In this document: positions 1-10,340 of the stretch, one piece after another
Position numbering within the stretch: position 1 is the first letter of the stretch
How the letters are laid out: every line of letters begins with the position of its first letter
DNA from: an uncultured Gemmatimonadales bacterium
GTDB lineage: Bacteria; Gemmatimonadota; Gemmatimonadetes; Gemmatimonadales; GWC2-71-9
Assembly: GCA_963842945.1 (NCBI GenBank)
Contig: CAWJIM010000023.1
Span: forward strand, 288,001 to 352,000
Length of the DNA stretch: 64,000 nt
Reading direction: 5' to 3'
Notes under the pieces: generated by a model
What the model was told of the DNA's origin: nothing
Seen by the model: the letters and a program-made list of their open reading frames with translations, nothing else
Databases searched by the model: none
Made by a program: the position numbers and the translations under genes

Positions 1-22
1 GGGACGAGCTGCAGGAGCGGAC

Positions 23-469
23 ATGGCGGGCCGACTGGAAGCTATTTGGATCAAGCGCGCTCACCGGGGTCCTATGGATCCGGTGACTCGAGGAACCCTG
101 GTCGCCAGTCGAGGTCTCAGGGGCAACGCCGACCAGGGACGTCGCCGACAGGTGACGATCATCGCCCAAGAGAAATGGGCTGACCTGATGCGGGAGGTTG
201 GCGCGTCGATTACACCGTCAGCGCGGCGGGCAAACCTCATGGTCAGCGGGATAGAGCTGGCTCAGTCGCGCGACCGCATTCTCCGGATCGGTGGCACCCG
301 CCTCCGCATTGGAGGCGAGACCAAGCCCTGTGAACGGATGGATGAGGCGTTCGATGGATTGCGCCGGGCGATGGCCTCGAATTGGGGTGGCGGCGTGTAC
401 GCCGAGGTGCTGGAGAACGGCGAGATTGCCGTTGGGGACGAGGTGGCTTGGGATTCGAATGATGGATGA
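23..469 (+). CDS. MOSC domain-containing protein
   Basis: RQVTII, RRANLMVSG, ETKPCERMDE and GGVYAEVLENGEIAVGD motifs typical of MOSC proteins. Confidence 0.85.
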   Translation: MAGRLEAIWIKRAHRGPMDPVTRGTLVASRGLRGNADQGRRRQVTIIAQEKWADLMREVGASITPSARRANLMVSGIELAQSRDRILRIGGTRLRIGGETKPCERMDEAFDGLRRAMASNWGGGVYAEVLENGEIAVGDEVAWDSNDG

Positions 470-551
470 GGCCGCTACCATGAATAGTCCAGGCGGTCCC
501 GCTCTCGCGGTCCCGCCCGGGTTCTTTCACGACACAAGATCTGATTCTGCT

Positions 552-2024
552 TCAGACCTTCATTCGCTTGGCCTTTTGCCTCACAAACACGTAGTTCAGC
601 GTCGGCAGCGTGTTCTGGTTGGCCGCTTTCTCGAAGAGCTCAGCAGCCTTGGCCTGTTCACCCTTGCCCTGGTACGCCATTCCGAGCCGATACAGCGTAT
701 AGGGGTCCTGCTGGTTACCGAGCTTGAGCTCCTCGATGGCCCGGGGATAGTTCTTCTCACCCAGGGCAATGGTGCCGGCCAGCTCATGGGCCAGGCGGAT
801 CTGCCCATCGTTTTTCTTCGCCACTGCACCCTTCAGGAATACGTCCGCGTGACCTTTGGCAGCGGCGTCGTCTCCCGATCGCGCCGCAACCCGGCCCAGG
901 TTGTAGTGGTGAACCAGCCGGGCATTCTCCTTAACCTCGGATGAGAGGTCCGACTTTTCCTGGAGCTCCCGGGCACGGTCGTACTCACGCTGTGCCTCCT
1001 GGGATTTGCCGGCTTCCAGCAGAACATCCCCGATCGACGTGAGGTCGGCGGACATGGCCGCCGCATCGTTGATCTTCTCTGCCACTGCATACTCCCGGCG
1101 CAGCTCCTTCACCGCCTGCTCGTAGTTCGCCTCATCCGCGTACGTAACGGCGGTGCTGAACAGTGCCAGCCGGCGGTCGCCATCATTGCGAGCCGCCTCG
1201 TGCAGCTTCCATGATTCTGCCCGGGCGGCCTCGTGCTTGCCCTGGAACATCAGGTTGCTGGCGATGCCGAAGTGGGAGTTCGCGAAGTTCGGATCGGTCT
1301 GCAGCGCCTTACGGTACATGGCAATCGACTCGTCGAACCGCCCCATCTTCATCAACAGCTCGGCGTACGAGTCGTAAGGATTGGGATCGTTCGGGATCAG
1401 CTCGATGTATTTCTTGAAGGCCTCTTCGGCTTCCGGGAATTCTCCCTCCGCGCGCCGAGCATACCCCAGTAGGTTGTACGCCGGGGCATAGTCCGGCGCA
1501 AGATCGACCGACTTCTGATACTCCGATACTGCCTTGCCGTATTCCTGCTGGCCGAAATAGGCGCCCCCCAAGAGAAAGTGGGCTCGCTCATCCCGGGGAT
1601 AGGCGGCGACCAGTCGTTCGTAATAATCCCGTTGCGACTTGGGGTCGGCATTGGCACCCGCCTGCAGGCCGAGAATCATCAGCCGCTCGCCTTCGGAGGC
1701 TTTGTCGGCCAGACGGACCGCCTCGGCCAGGTGGGTAAAGAAGTCCTTTGCCGTGGGAGCGGTCAGAGCCAGGCTGTAGTGCGCCAGCGCAAAGGAGGGG
1801 TCCTTTGCGGCCGCAGCCTCCAGGAATCGACGGGAATCGTGGGCCCGCAGATTCTCGCCCAGAGTGCGTCCTTTCAGATACTGCTCTCTAGCTTCGGATG
1901 ACCTCGTGGTCACCGGAACCTTGGCCATTCCACCGGCGCTTTGCGCCGCCCCTTCATATGCGGACAACATCAGAGCGAGGACAGCGATGATCCCCACGCG
2001 CGATCCAGTCGATAGTTGCGACAT
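552..2024 (-). CDS. Exported tetratricopeptide-repeat protein
   Basis: Multiple TPR-like units (AHFLLG..Y, AYNLLG..R, PYDSYAELL); ATG at 2024 follows GGAGG; N-terminal signal peptide. Confidence 0.85.
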   Translation of the reverse strand: MSQLSTGSRVGIIAVLALMLSAYEGAAQSAGGMAKVPVTTRSSEAREQYLKGRTLGENLRAHDSRRFLEAAAAKDPSFALAHYSLALTAPTAKDFFTHLAEAVRLADKASEGERLMILGLQAGANADPKSQRDYYERLVAAYPRDERAHFLLGGAYFGQQEYGKAVSEYQKSVDLAPDYAPAYNLLGYARRAEGEFPEAEEAFKKYIELIPNDPNPYDSYAELLMKMGRFDESIAMYRKALQTDPNFANSHFGIASNLMFQGKHEAARAESWKLHEAARNDGDRRLALFSTAVTYADEANYEQAVKELRREYAVAEKINDAAAMSADLTSIGDVLLEAGKSQEAQREYDRARELQEKSDLSSEVKENARLVHHYNLGRVAARSGDDAAAKGHADVFLKGAVAKKNDGQIRLAHELAGTIALGEKNYPRAIEELKLGNQQDPYTLYRLGMAYQGKGEQAKAAELFEKAANQNTLPTLNYVFVRQKAKRMKV

Positions 2025-2140
2025 GAAACCTCCGGGTTGCTGGAAGCATGCGATGAGATGAGAGCAGGAGAGTCCAACCTGCCTACAGGCTCTACTCGGG
2101 CCTCCTGGGAAAAGATTCACCCTGGCGATAACCTTCCCCG

Positions 2141-3481
2141 ATGCCTGACCTTCTCGCCGCCCGCTCCCAGATGGCGGTCTCGCTCGCGTTTCACATCATC
2201 TTTGCCGTGGTTGGCATCGGCATGCCGGTGCTCATGGTCATCGCGGAACGCCGGTGGCAGAAGACCGGAGACCCGATCCACCTCGATCTCGCCAAACGTT
2301 GGTCCAAGGGCACGGCAATCCTCTTCGCCGTCGGCGCTGTATCGGGCACGGTTCTGTCATTCGAGCTGGGACTTCTCTGGCCCGGTTTCATGGAGCTGGC
2401 CGGTGGCATCATTGGCATGCCGTTTTCACTCGAAGGTTTCGCTTTCTTCACCGAGGCGATTTTCCTGGGGATCTACTTGTATGGGTGGGACCGGATCTCT
2501 CCCCGGGCACATCTCTGGGCCGGCATCGCCGTGGCTGTCAGCGGCGCGGCATCGGGCATCTTCGTCGTGACCGCAAATTCCTGGATGAACTCGCCGGCTG
2601 GATTCGATCTGGTGGGAGGCCAACCAGTCAACATCGATCCGGTTGCCGCCATGCTCAATCCAATGGCCTTTCAGCAGACCCTTCACATGACCCTGGCGGC
2701 CTACGCGGCCACCGGTTTTGCCGTTGGCGGAATTCATGCGTTTCTGTTGCTCTTTGACCCGGCCAACGCGTTTCATCGCCGGGCACTGACCGCTGCGCTG
2801 GCATTGGGAGCGCCGGCCGCGGTGCTGCAGCCGATCTCGGGCGATTTCAGCGCCCGTTCGGTTGCGGCTCGCCAGCCGATCAAGCTCGCAGCCATGGAAT
2901 CGCATTTCGAAACCATGGCAGAGGCGCCGTTGACGATCGGAGGCTTCCCCGACGTGGAGTCCGGGGAAATTCGTTATGCCATCAAAATTCCCTACGGACT
3001 GTCATTACTTGCCTTCCACGATCCCCACGCCGTCGTCCGCGGTCTGCAGGAGTTCCCCCGAGAGGATTGGCCGAACGTGCCGATCGTTCATACCGCCTTC
3101 CAGCTGATGGTGGCTCTGGGCACTTACCTGGCGCTGGTCTCTCTCTGGGTCGGTTGGACCTGGCTCCGCCGGAAAGACGTGGTTGGAAGCCGCTGGCGCT
3201 TGCGGGCAATTGCACTGGGAGCGCCAATGGGCTTTCTCGCCATCGAAGCAGGGTGGACGGTGACCGAGGTTGGCCGGCAGCCCTGGATCATCCAGGGCGT
3301 GCTACGCACGGCCGACGCCGTGACCCCGATGCCGGGCCTCGTCGTACCCTTCCTGCTCTTTACGCTGCTGTACTGTTTCCTCGGCGTTATGGTGGCCTGG
3401 CTCCTCTACCGGCAGATCATCCGTAGCCCCAAGTCCAGTGAATGGAGCCGGGTGTATGCCCCCATGGGCGTCCGTGCCTGA
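2141..3481 (+). CDS. cydA: Cytochrome bd-type quinol oxidase subunit I (short Q-loop)
   Basis: FHIIF, FAVGAVSGT, QPIKLAAME and TEVGRQPW motifs. Confidence 0.95.
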   Translation: MPDLLAARSQMAVSLAFHIIFAVVGIGMPVLMVIAERRWQKTGDPIHLDLAKRWSKGTAILFAVGAVSGTVLSFELGLLWPGFMELAGGIIGMPFSLEGFAFFTEAIFLGIYLYGWDRISPRAHLWAGIAVAVSGAASGIFVVTANSWMNSPAGFDLVGGQPVNIDPVAAMLNPMAFQQTLHMTLAAYAATGFAVGGIHAFLLLFDPANAFHRRALTAALALGAPAAVLQPISGDFSARSVAARQPIKLAAMESHFETMAEAPLTIGGFPDVESGEIRYAIKIPYGLSLLAFHDPHAVVRGLQEFPREDWPNVPIVHTAFQLMVALGTYLALVSLWVGWTWLRRKDVVGSRWRLRAIALGAPMGFLAIEAGWTVTEVGRQPWIIQGVLRTADAVTPMPGLVVPFLLFTLLYCFLGVMVAWLLYRQIIRSPKSSEWSRVYAPMGVRA

Positions 3482-4520
3482 GTTGGACTTGGCCGAGGTG
3501 CTGGCCGGGGTACTCGCGCTGTCGCTGAACGCCTACGTGTTGTTTGCCGGAGCCGACTTCGGTGGAGGTGTTTGGGACCTGCTCGCGTCCGGTCCCCGCC
3601 GGAACCGGCAACGCGAGGTGATTGCCCATGCCATTGGGCCGATCTGGGAAGCCAATCATGTCTGGCTCATCCTTGCCATCGTCCTGGCTTTTTCCTGCTT
3701 CCCACCGGTCTATGCCCGCCTCGGCACGGTGCTTCACATTCCGCTCACACTCATGCTGGTCGGCATCGTGCTCCGGGGCTCGGCATTCACCTTTCGCACC
3801 TACGACAGTCAGCACGATGCAACCCAGCGTCGCTGGGGAAGAATTTTTTCCAGCGCCAGTGTAATCACCCCTATCCTGCTCGGTGTGTCCATCGGGGCCG
3901 TGGCGTCGGGGCGGGTGGGAGGAGAGACTCGGGGCAGCTTTGTGCAACGGTTCGTCGAACCCTGGCTCACGCTGTTCGGGCTCAGCGTCGGCCTGTTGAC
4001 GCTGGTGCTGTTCGCCTTTCTGGCCGCTGTGTTCCTCACCCTGGAAAGCACGGACCGGGAGCTCTGTGAGGACTTCCGGCGGCGGGCCCTGACTTGCGGA
4101 GTTGTCGTCTTCTTCGCCTCTGCGCTGGTCTTGTTGCTGTCGCCGGAGTCGGCGCCACTGGTTCGAGGCGGATTGATGGACTCTCCCTGGGCTCTTCCTC
4201 TGCACCTCCTCACCGCCGCCGCGGCAATCTCGGTGCTGGCTTCTCTCTGGTATCGTCGTTATCGACTGGCACGTCTGGCGGTGGGCCTTCAGGTCTCGTT
4301 GATCTTCTGGGGCTGGGCCATGGCTCAGTATCCCTTCCTGCTTCCCCCGAACTTCACCATCCAGAATACCGCGGCGGCGGAGTCCACCCTACGGTTGACC
4401 TTGATCGTCCTGGCAGCCGGCGGTGTGATCCTGCTTCCGTCGCTCTGGTACCTCTTTCAAGTCTTCAAGACCACACCGGCCGACCCGGGTGCAGTCCCCG
4501 CAGAGAGAATGGGTCCCTAG
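3474..4520 (+). CDS. cydB: Cytochrome bd-type quinol oxidase subunit II
   Basis: GADFGGG and IGPIWEANHVWLI motifs; GTG start overlaps the cydA stop. Confidence 0.93.
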   Translation: MPELDLAEVLAGVLALSLNAYVLFAGADFGGGVWDLLASGPRRNRQREVIAHAIGPIWEANHVWLILAIVLAFSCFPPVYARLGTVLHIPLTLMLVGIVLRGSAFTFRTYDSQHDATQRRWGRIFSSASVITPILLGVSIGAVASGRVGGETRGSFVQRFVEPWLTLFGLSVGLLTLVLFAFLAAVFLTLESTDRELCEDFRRRALTCGVVVFFASALVLLLSPESAPLVRGGLMDSPWALPLHLLTAAAAISVLASLWYRRYRLARLAVGLQVSLIFWGWAMAQYPFLLPPNFTIQNTAAAESTLRLTLIVLAAGGVILLPSLWYLFQVFKTTPADPGAVPAERMGP

Positions 4521-6067
4521 GAGCGAGCCATCATCCGTCTGATTGGCTTGATTAACAGGGTGAGGATGAGAGCCGTGGCCAGAGCCGTAGCGGTCACGAT
4601 GGTGAACAAGGTCGTCAGCGGCAACGTCTCGTAGACGCTGGAAGCCATTCCGGCCAGGTAGTTGCCCACCGATAGGGCCAGGAACCAGACACCCATCACC
4701 AGTCCGGCGATACGGGCCGGAGCCAGGACACTCATCGCGCTCAGGCCAACCGGGCTGAGGCACAATTCACCCAGCGTCTGCAGCAGGTAGGAAAGGACCA
4801 GCCAGAGTGGGCTGACGCGGGCGCCTCCGGCTGCGGCCGCCGCGGCTCCGATCATTACGGCAAAGCCGAGACCGAGGAGCAGGAGCGCCAGCGCGAACTT
4901 GGCTGGGCTGGAGGGATTTCGGCGCCCCAGCCGAAGCCACAGGGCGGCAAAGACGGGGGCGAAGAGGATGATGAAGAGGGGCGGCAGTGACTGATACCAG
5001 CTGGGAGGAAAGCCGTGCCCGAGGACCGCATTATTGGTATTTCGAGCAGCAAACAGATTGAGGGTCGAGCCGGCTTGTTCGTAGGCCATCCAGAAAACCG
5101 TCGCAGCAGCAAATAGAACCGCTATCACTACCAGGCTCTTCCGTTCCTCTCTGGTCCACCCGCGGCTGAGGAAGAGCCAGGAGAAAAACGAAACGGTGAC
5201 TGCAATCAGCACCCAACTGAAGTTTCGCGAGATCGTCTCCGGATTGAGACGCAGCAGGCCAGTGAATACCAACACAGCCACGATCAGCACGACAGCCAGG
5301 GTTATCATCCCGACCAGCCGAACCTGGCGATCGACCCGTGCCGCAGCCGCGGGGTCGCTCGGCCGAGCCGGGTGCAGGCCGTCGGGAGACAGGTGCTTCC
5401 CTCCCAGAACGTATTGGACCAAGCCCAGGAACATGCCCACTGCCGCAGCGCCGAAACCCCAATGCCAGGACGAATCCGGCTGGAACCCGGCGGAAACCAG
5501 AATGCGCTTGAAGCCTTCTCCCTGGGCCAGCCAGCCGGTGATGAAAGGAGCGATGAAGGCCCCGCTGTTGATCCCCATGTAATAGATGGAATAGCCGGCA
5601 TCGCGCCGGGCATCTTCGGGCGGGTAGAGCTTGCCGACCAGAACGCTCACGTTGGATTTCAGCAGGCCAGTGCCAACCGCGATCAGAACCAGGCCGAGAT
5701 AAAAGGTGCTCAGCGATGGAAGGGCCAGACAGATGTGCCCCGCCATGATGATGACGCCGCCCACAAATACCGCGCGTCTCAGGCCCAGGATCCGATCCGC
5801 AATCCACCCGCCGGGAACCGAAAGCAGGTAGACCGAGCTGACGTACAGTGCGTAGATCGGGCCGGCCGTCGCGGTATCGAAGCCCAGCCCGCCGGCAGCT
5901 GCCGGAGCGGTCATGAACAGAATGAGCAACGCTCGCATCCCGTAGTAACTGAACCGCTCCCACATCTCGGTGAAGAAGAGGGTAGACAGTCCTCGGGGAT
6001 GCCCGAAGAATCGGGTGTCCTGTTCCCTCAGCTCGGGCTGGGGTGGGCGAACGGCGGCGGTGGCCAT
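4517..6067 (-). CDS. POT-family proton-dependent oligopeptide MFS transporter
   Basis: FFGHPRGL, EMWERFSYYGMR (ExxERFxYY) and GELCLSPVGLS motifs. Confidence 0.95.
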   Translation of the reverse strand: MATAAVRPPQPELREQDTRFFGHPRGLSTLFFTEMWERFSYYGMRALLILFMTAPAAAGGLGFDTATAGPIYALYVSSVYLLSVPGGWIADRILGLRRAVFVGGVIIMAGHICLALPSLSTFYLGLVLIAVGTGLLKSNVSVLVGKLYPPEDARRDAGYSIYYMGINSGAFIAPFITGWLAQGEGFKRILVSAGFQPDSSWHWGFGAAAVGMFLGLVQYVLGGKHLSPDGLHPARPSDPAAAARVDRQVRLVGMITLAVVLIVAVLVFTGLLRLNPETISRNFSWVLIAVTVSFFSWLFLSRGWTREERKSLVVIAVLFAAATVFWMAYEQAGSTLNLFAARNTNNAVLGHGFPPSWYQSLPPLFIILFAPVFAALWLRLGRRNPSSPAKFALALLLLGLGFAVMIGAAAAAAGGARVSPLWLVLSYLLQTLGELCLSPVGLSAMSVLAPARIAGLVMGVWFLALSVGNYLAGMASSVYETLPLTTLFTIVTATALATALILTLLIKPIRRMMARS

Positions 6068-6077
6068 TGGAGTCCGT

Positions 6078-7154
6078 TCAGCGATTGCGCTTCTTGAGGA
6101 TATCCTGCAGGACTACTCGGTCGATCTTTCCATCCATGCGAACCCGCACGTCGTAATTTTCCCAGTACATGAAGTTCTTCAGCGCCTCGAGGAACGTCGG
6201 CGTTGCGCTTCCCTGTTTGCTCTTGAGCCACTTGTCAGATTGCTTCACCGGTTCGTTCAGCAGGATCGGCTCCAGCTGGCTGACGATTGCAGGAGTGATG
6301 GGAACGACATCCTTCGGCTCGCTGGGGAAGAAGTGCAGCTTATGCAACGCGAGCAGCCGCTCGAGCTCAGCGATCGGATCGGGAGCATCGTAGACTCTGA
6401 TGTCGATGAAGCGGTCGTTCGCGCCGAGATAGCCCCCATTTTTCCGGACCACGAGCAAAGCGGCGGACTGCATGCCCCGCTTGTCCCCTCCACCAGCCTG
6501 ACCCGCCTTGAGCGCTGCCATGAGCCGGTCAGCCAGATTACCTGTGGTGCGCTCGAAGGTTTCGGCCAGGTTCTTCACCGTTTGATCCGACACCATGATG
6601 TTGGCCTGAGCGGCGTACCCTCGGCCCACGATGACCTCACCCTTACCGCCCAGGACGTTTCCCCGTCCAGACGGTGCACCTACCCTGCCCCCCGCCCAAT
6701 CGAAGGTGGTCTTCCCGGTGAAGCTCGCCGCATTACCGCGGGCATCCACTAACCCCACCTGGCGGTCCTGCAGCATCGTATCGGTGCGCATCACAATCCT
6801 GAGGGCCTCCTCCGCAGTAGCTCCCTGAGCGATGAGATCGAGGCCCCGTTCGCCGTATGCGGTGTTTCCCAGGCTCTGGGTGGCGACGGCTCCCACGCCG
6901 GCCCGGCCCCAGGGCACGATTCCACCGACGTTGGGAAACTTGGATTGCACCGCCACCCCGAGGTCGCCGGTGGCGGAGTCATAGGCAACGATGCTGTAGG
7001 TGTGCGCCAGCTTTTTCCCGTGAAGAGGAATGGAGAGTGGTTGCTGGGCGGCAAGAGGTGAGGGGTAAGAGGTGAGAAGGAACAGAAAAGCGACCGGCAG
7101 GCAGAGGTGCAGCCCGGGCCGCAATCGTTCACCGCAAGGGATCGATGTTTTCAC
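6078..7154 (-). CDS. DUF1028 family (Ntn-hydrolase-like) exported protein
   Basis: TYSIVAYD..TGDLGVAVQS, VGAVATQ and GGDKRGMQSAAL motifs after a signal-like segment. Confidence 0.85.
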   Translation of the reverse strand: MKTSIPCGERLRPGLHLCLPVAFLFLLTSYPSPLAAQQPLSIPLHGKKLAHTYSIVAYDSATGDLGVAVQSKFPNVGGIVPWGRAGVGAVATQSLGNTAYGERGLDLIAQGATAEEALRIVMRTDTMLQDRQVGLVDARGNAASFTGKTTFDWAGGRVGAPSGRGNVLGGKGEVIVGRGYAAQANIMVSDQTVKNLAETFERTTGNLADRLMAALKAGQAGGGDKRGMQSAALLVVRKNGGYLGANDRFIDIRVYDAPDPIAELERLLALHKLHFFPSEPKDVVPITPAIVSQLEPILLNEPVKQSDKWLKSKQGSATPTFLEALKNFMYWENYDVRVRMDGKIDRVVLQDILKKRNR

Positions 7155-7699
7155 GAGTCCTTTCCCAGCTTCCGCTTCAGGAATGCGAGCTGCTCTTCGA
7201 CTGCCTGCTTCAGCTTCCGGTCTGAATCGTCCGCGCTCCCATCCAACTCGAGTCCGGGACGGTCGGCGCCGGCGGCTTCGAGGTCGCGCCAGGCAGCATC
7301 GATCGAGTCGAAGACTGCCCCCGGTCGCGCCGACCGATATTCCTTGAGGATGTCGGCGGCCTCTCGCTCGGCGAGCGCCAGCTCATCGCGTTGGACCGCG
7401 AGCTTGCGCTCCAGAACCTGCACCCGGTCGCGGTGGCGCTGAGCAAATCGCTCGGCCACCGAAACGGTTTCCTGATCCGGCAACTGGGCGGCCAGCTGTC
7501 CCCGGCGTTCGGCATCGGCCAATTGCCGTCGCTCCAAGTCGAGCTCCCGTTCGGTGACCGCCAGGGCGCTGCGCATGGTGTGAATCCCCACCTTGGCTTC
7601 CAGCACCGCCTCCCGGAGGGCGGCGGCACGAGCCCGGGGGTCGGGACGCGAGTGATCCTGCAGCAGGCGCTCCAACCGGGCCTTTAGCCCCTCAAACAC
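7151..7699 (-). CDS. Coiled-coil protein, PspA/IM30-like
   Basis: Long helical heptad pattern and C-terminal VEEQLAFLKRKLG like PspA helix 5; overlaps the downstream gene start. Confidence 0.55.
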   Translation of the reverse strand: MFEGLKARLERLLQDHSRPDPRARAAALREAVLEAKVGIHTMRSALAVTERELDLERRQLADAERRGQLAAQLPDQETVSVAERFAQRHRDRVQVLERKLAVQRDELALAEREAADILKEYRSARPGAVFDSIDAAWRDLEAAGADRPGLELDGSADDSDRKLKQAVEEQLAFLKRKLGKDS

Positions 7700-7741
7700 A
7701 GCCGGGTTTGGTCATGGCGATGCATCCTTAAGGGGGAACAA

Positions 7742-7770
7742 ATGTTACGGACGCCGCTAGAGGAGGTCAA
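7742..7770 (-). promoter_or_regulatory. sigma70-type promoter TTGACC-N17-TAACAT
   Basis: Minus-strand -35 at 7765-7770 and -10 at 7742-7747, pointing at the 7699 gene. Confidence 0.6.
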
Positions 7771-7869
7771 GCGAAGCCCACCACTAGGCCTCGAGCCTGA
7801 TTTCGACTATTATCGAAAACTCCCTATCGAACATCCAAGAAGCACCTGCTGAGGCAGTGGAGGCTATCC

Positions 7870-8274
7870 ATGGCTCTGACGCTACCCGGTGTCCTTCAGA
7901 CCCTGGAGTTTCTGCGAAGCAAACATCGCCGGCGCCTGGCCTTCCTGGCGCCCCCGTTGGAGCGGCGGCGACCGGGCATCGCAGCGGAGGACTATGCGGC
8001 CCGCCATTCGATCGAGCATACGCTGGATCGAAAAGCCGAGCTCCGCCGGCTGGCGCCAAGCTCACCTCCGGCAGCCCGACGCTACCACGAGCTCCTATCC
8101 TACGAATTGAGCGGATTGCGGGAGCTGGTCCGCGCCTTGCACTCGGTGACGGAAGGCCGTGAGCTGGAGGAGGCGCTGGCCGAAGCGGCGGTGCAAATCG
8201 AGCGGCTCGAGATTGAGATTACCTGGTGCGCCGATCTGCTGCAGCGTGCAGTTCCGCGAGCCGTCATGAGGTAG
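7870..8274 (+). CDS. Hypothetical helical protein
   Basis: ATG after GGAGG; ends 2 nt before the next ATG. Confidence 0.6.
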   Translation: MALTLPGVLQTLEFLRSKHRRRLAFLAPPLERRRPGIAAEDYAARHSIEHTLDRKAELRRLAPSSPPAARRYHELLSYELSGLRELVRALHSVTEGRELEEALAEAAVQIERLEIEITWCADLLQRAVPRAVMR

Positions 8275-8276
8275 CC

Positions 8277-8938
8277 ATGGCTGAGCCGCCCGTCGCTCCC
8301 GACCAGACACGCTGGAGCCGGGTCTGGTCTCGATTGGGCGGCCGGGGAAATGGACGCCAGATCTTCGAACAGCTCGCTGCCGAGTACAATGAGCCCACCC
8401 GCACGTACCACAATATCGAACATCTGCGGCACTGTCTGACTGAGCTGGAGGAAAACATCGCCCTGGCTCATCGACCGGTAGAGGTCGAGGCAGCACTATG
8501 GTTTCATGACGCCGTATACGTTCCTGGAGATCCGGACAACGAGGACCAGAGTGCGCGCCTGGCGGAAACCGCACTCCGGGGCGGCGGAGTGGAGCCTGAG
8601 ACTGCCGCCGAATCGCGGCGCTGGTGCTGGCAACCCGGCACACCGGGTTGGCGCCGGACGATGACGCCAGGCTCGTCTGCGACATCGATCTCTCGATCTT
8701 GGGCGGGCCGCCGGCTTCCTTCGAGCTGTTCGAGCGGCGGATCAGGCAGGAGTATCGCTTGGTACCCGATGCTCTGTACCAGCAGGGACGACGGAGGTGC
8801 TACGAGAGATTTCTGCTTCGCCCGTCGATTTACCAGACCGCGCCGTTTCAGGCGCGATATGAGAACCAGGCCCGCCAGAATCTGGCAGGTGCTGTGGCGG
8901 CACTGAAGGGCTTGATGGGTCTACTTACTTCCTTTTAG
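8277..8938 (+). CDS. HD-superfamily metal-dependent phosphohydrolase (one frameshift near 8610)
   Basis: RTYHNIEH, WFHDAVY, DNEDQSA in one frame; ATRH, DIDLSILG, IRQEY in the next frame. Confidence 0.8.
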
Positions 8939-10135
8939 AGGACGTTCTCTTCGTTCGCCCGGTTGGCTTTCCGCTCCCTGCCACCTCCTCCTGCAGACGG
9001 ATGGTTTCGTCCGCCGTGCACTGGTTTGCTGGTCTTCCAACAGAGACTTGAGCCGCAGGAGATCCTCGTCCATGGCTCGCTTCGGATCCACCCCGAGTAG
9101 CGAGGCCAGCGTATGTCCGGCCGCCCCGGCAGGGGGAGTGTAGGTCAGCTGCACGTCGATCTGAGTCTCGCGGTCTGAGACCGGACGCAGGCGAACCTGT
9201 CCCGACGTCTCTACCGCCGAACCCTCCACGCTGCGCCATCCGATAAACTGGTTTGGTACCCAGTCGGTGACGACCGCTTCCCACTCCGCGGGAACTCCGG
9301 CAGGGCCTACGGCTATCCAGCGGGAGCGCCCTTCCTCGATCTTCTGGACCTCCCGAAGGTGGGCCATGAATCGAGGGAAGCTCTCAAAGTTGCTCCATAA
9401 CTCCCAAACCCGCTCTGCCGGGGCTCCGACGTGCAGCGTCTTCTCAACCGTGATCGCTCGTCCGCTCCAGCCGAGCGCAATCAGTCGACGCGGCGGAAGA
9501 TTGGCAGCCGCTCGAGCGACCAGACCCATTCCAACGAGGCTCAGCACCTGACTCTGCAAGCCTCTGGTTCGCATACCTTGGAGCGCCACCAGGCCTCCCA
9601 GGGTACCAACCACGAGCCGCGTCGCTGGAGGCCAGTTCCCTCCCGTGCCCTCAGCTTCCGATTCGGGATCCCGCGCGGACCCCTGCAAGGACGGTATGCC
9701 GGTCGCGCTTGGGTAGATCTCCAACTCATTCTGCACTTCCCGTACGCCGCGAACCCGACCGACACCCCGGAGAAGAGGATCCAACTGGTGCTCCCGCACC
9801 TTGCCGCCGAGGGTTACTTGGCCCTCGAACGCGGTGACGGTTATCGCCCCCGGGTGAAAAACCAGGCGGCCGAGGGCGGATCGTACCCGGTCTTGAAGCA
9901 CGTCATTGTCAGGCTCTTGGCGGCTGAATCGCCTGCGAAATTGGGCGGTTACCCCGAGCGAGCGGTTCCGGGTATCGCGTGCCGTTGCCGCAAGACCGTC
10001 CCCCAGCTTGTGTCCAACGTGAATGCCCTGGTCTCGCAGAAGCGATCGGCGGCGGGCACCCCGATCGGGATCCAGCAGGTACATCGCTCCCGCGCCCACA
10101 ATGACGCCGGTGAGAAGCTTGCCTTGTCCCTGCAT
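8921..10135 (-). CDS. BON + SRPBCC (cyclase/dehydrase) domain protein
   Basis: YLLDPDRGARRR; BON-like DRVRSALGR..VTLGG..VRGVREVQNEL; SRPBCC FESFPRFM..SRW..IGWRS; the tail may be frameshifted (alternative stop 8925). Confidence 0.8.
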   Translation of the reverse strand: MQGQGKLLTGVIVGAGAMYLLDPDRGARRRSLLRDQGIHVGHKLGDGLAATARDTRNRSLGVTAQFRRRFSRQEPDNDVLQDRVRSALGRLVFHPGAITVTAFEGQVTLGGKVREHQLDPLLRGVGRVRGVREVQNELEIYPSATGIPSLQGSARDPESEAEGTGGNWPPATRLVVGTLGGLVALQGMRTRGLQSQVLSLVGMGLVARAAANLPPRRLIALGWSGRAITVEKTLHVGAPAERVWELWSNFESFPRFMAHLREVQKIEEGRSRWIAVGPAGVPAEWEAVVTDWVPNQFIGWRSVEGSAVETSGQVRLRPVSDRETQIDVQLTYTPPAGAAGHTLASLLGVDPKRAMDEDLLRLKSLLEDQQTSARRTKPSVCRRRWQGAESQPGERRERPLKGSK

Positions 10136-10340
10136 GGCTGATCCTCCTCAAACTCCGCTCGGAAAGGTTTCAGGCGCCTCCCCTGACTCCCATCCCCGCC
10201 GTGTCCTCCCCCGAAACATACTCCGATAATTCCTCCGCGTTCTTCACCAGTCGAGCATTCTGCTCGGCGTGAAGGAACTCACCCGTGGGATGTTCCCCGT
10301 CGCGCCGCAACAGATCGCCAGCCTGCCGCGGGAGGGCTAC

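Noticed and set aside
10305..10322. sigma54 promoter TGGCGATCTGTTGC (minus strand)
   Set aside because: GG-to-GC spacing is 9 nt rather than the required 10.
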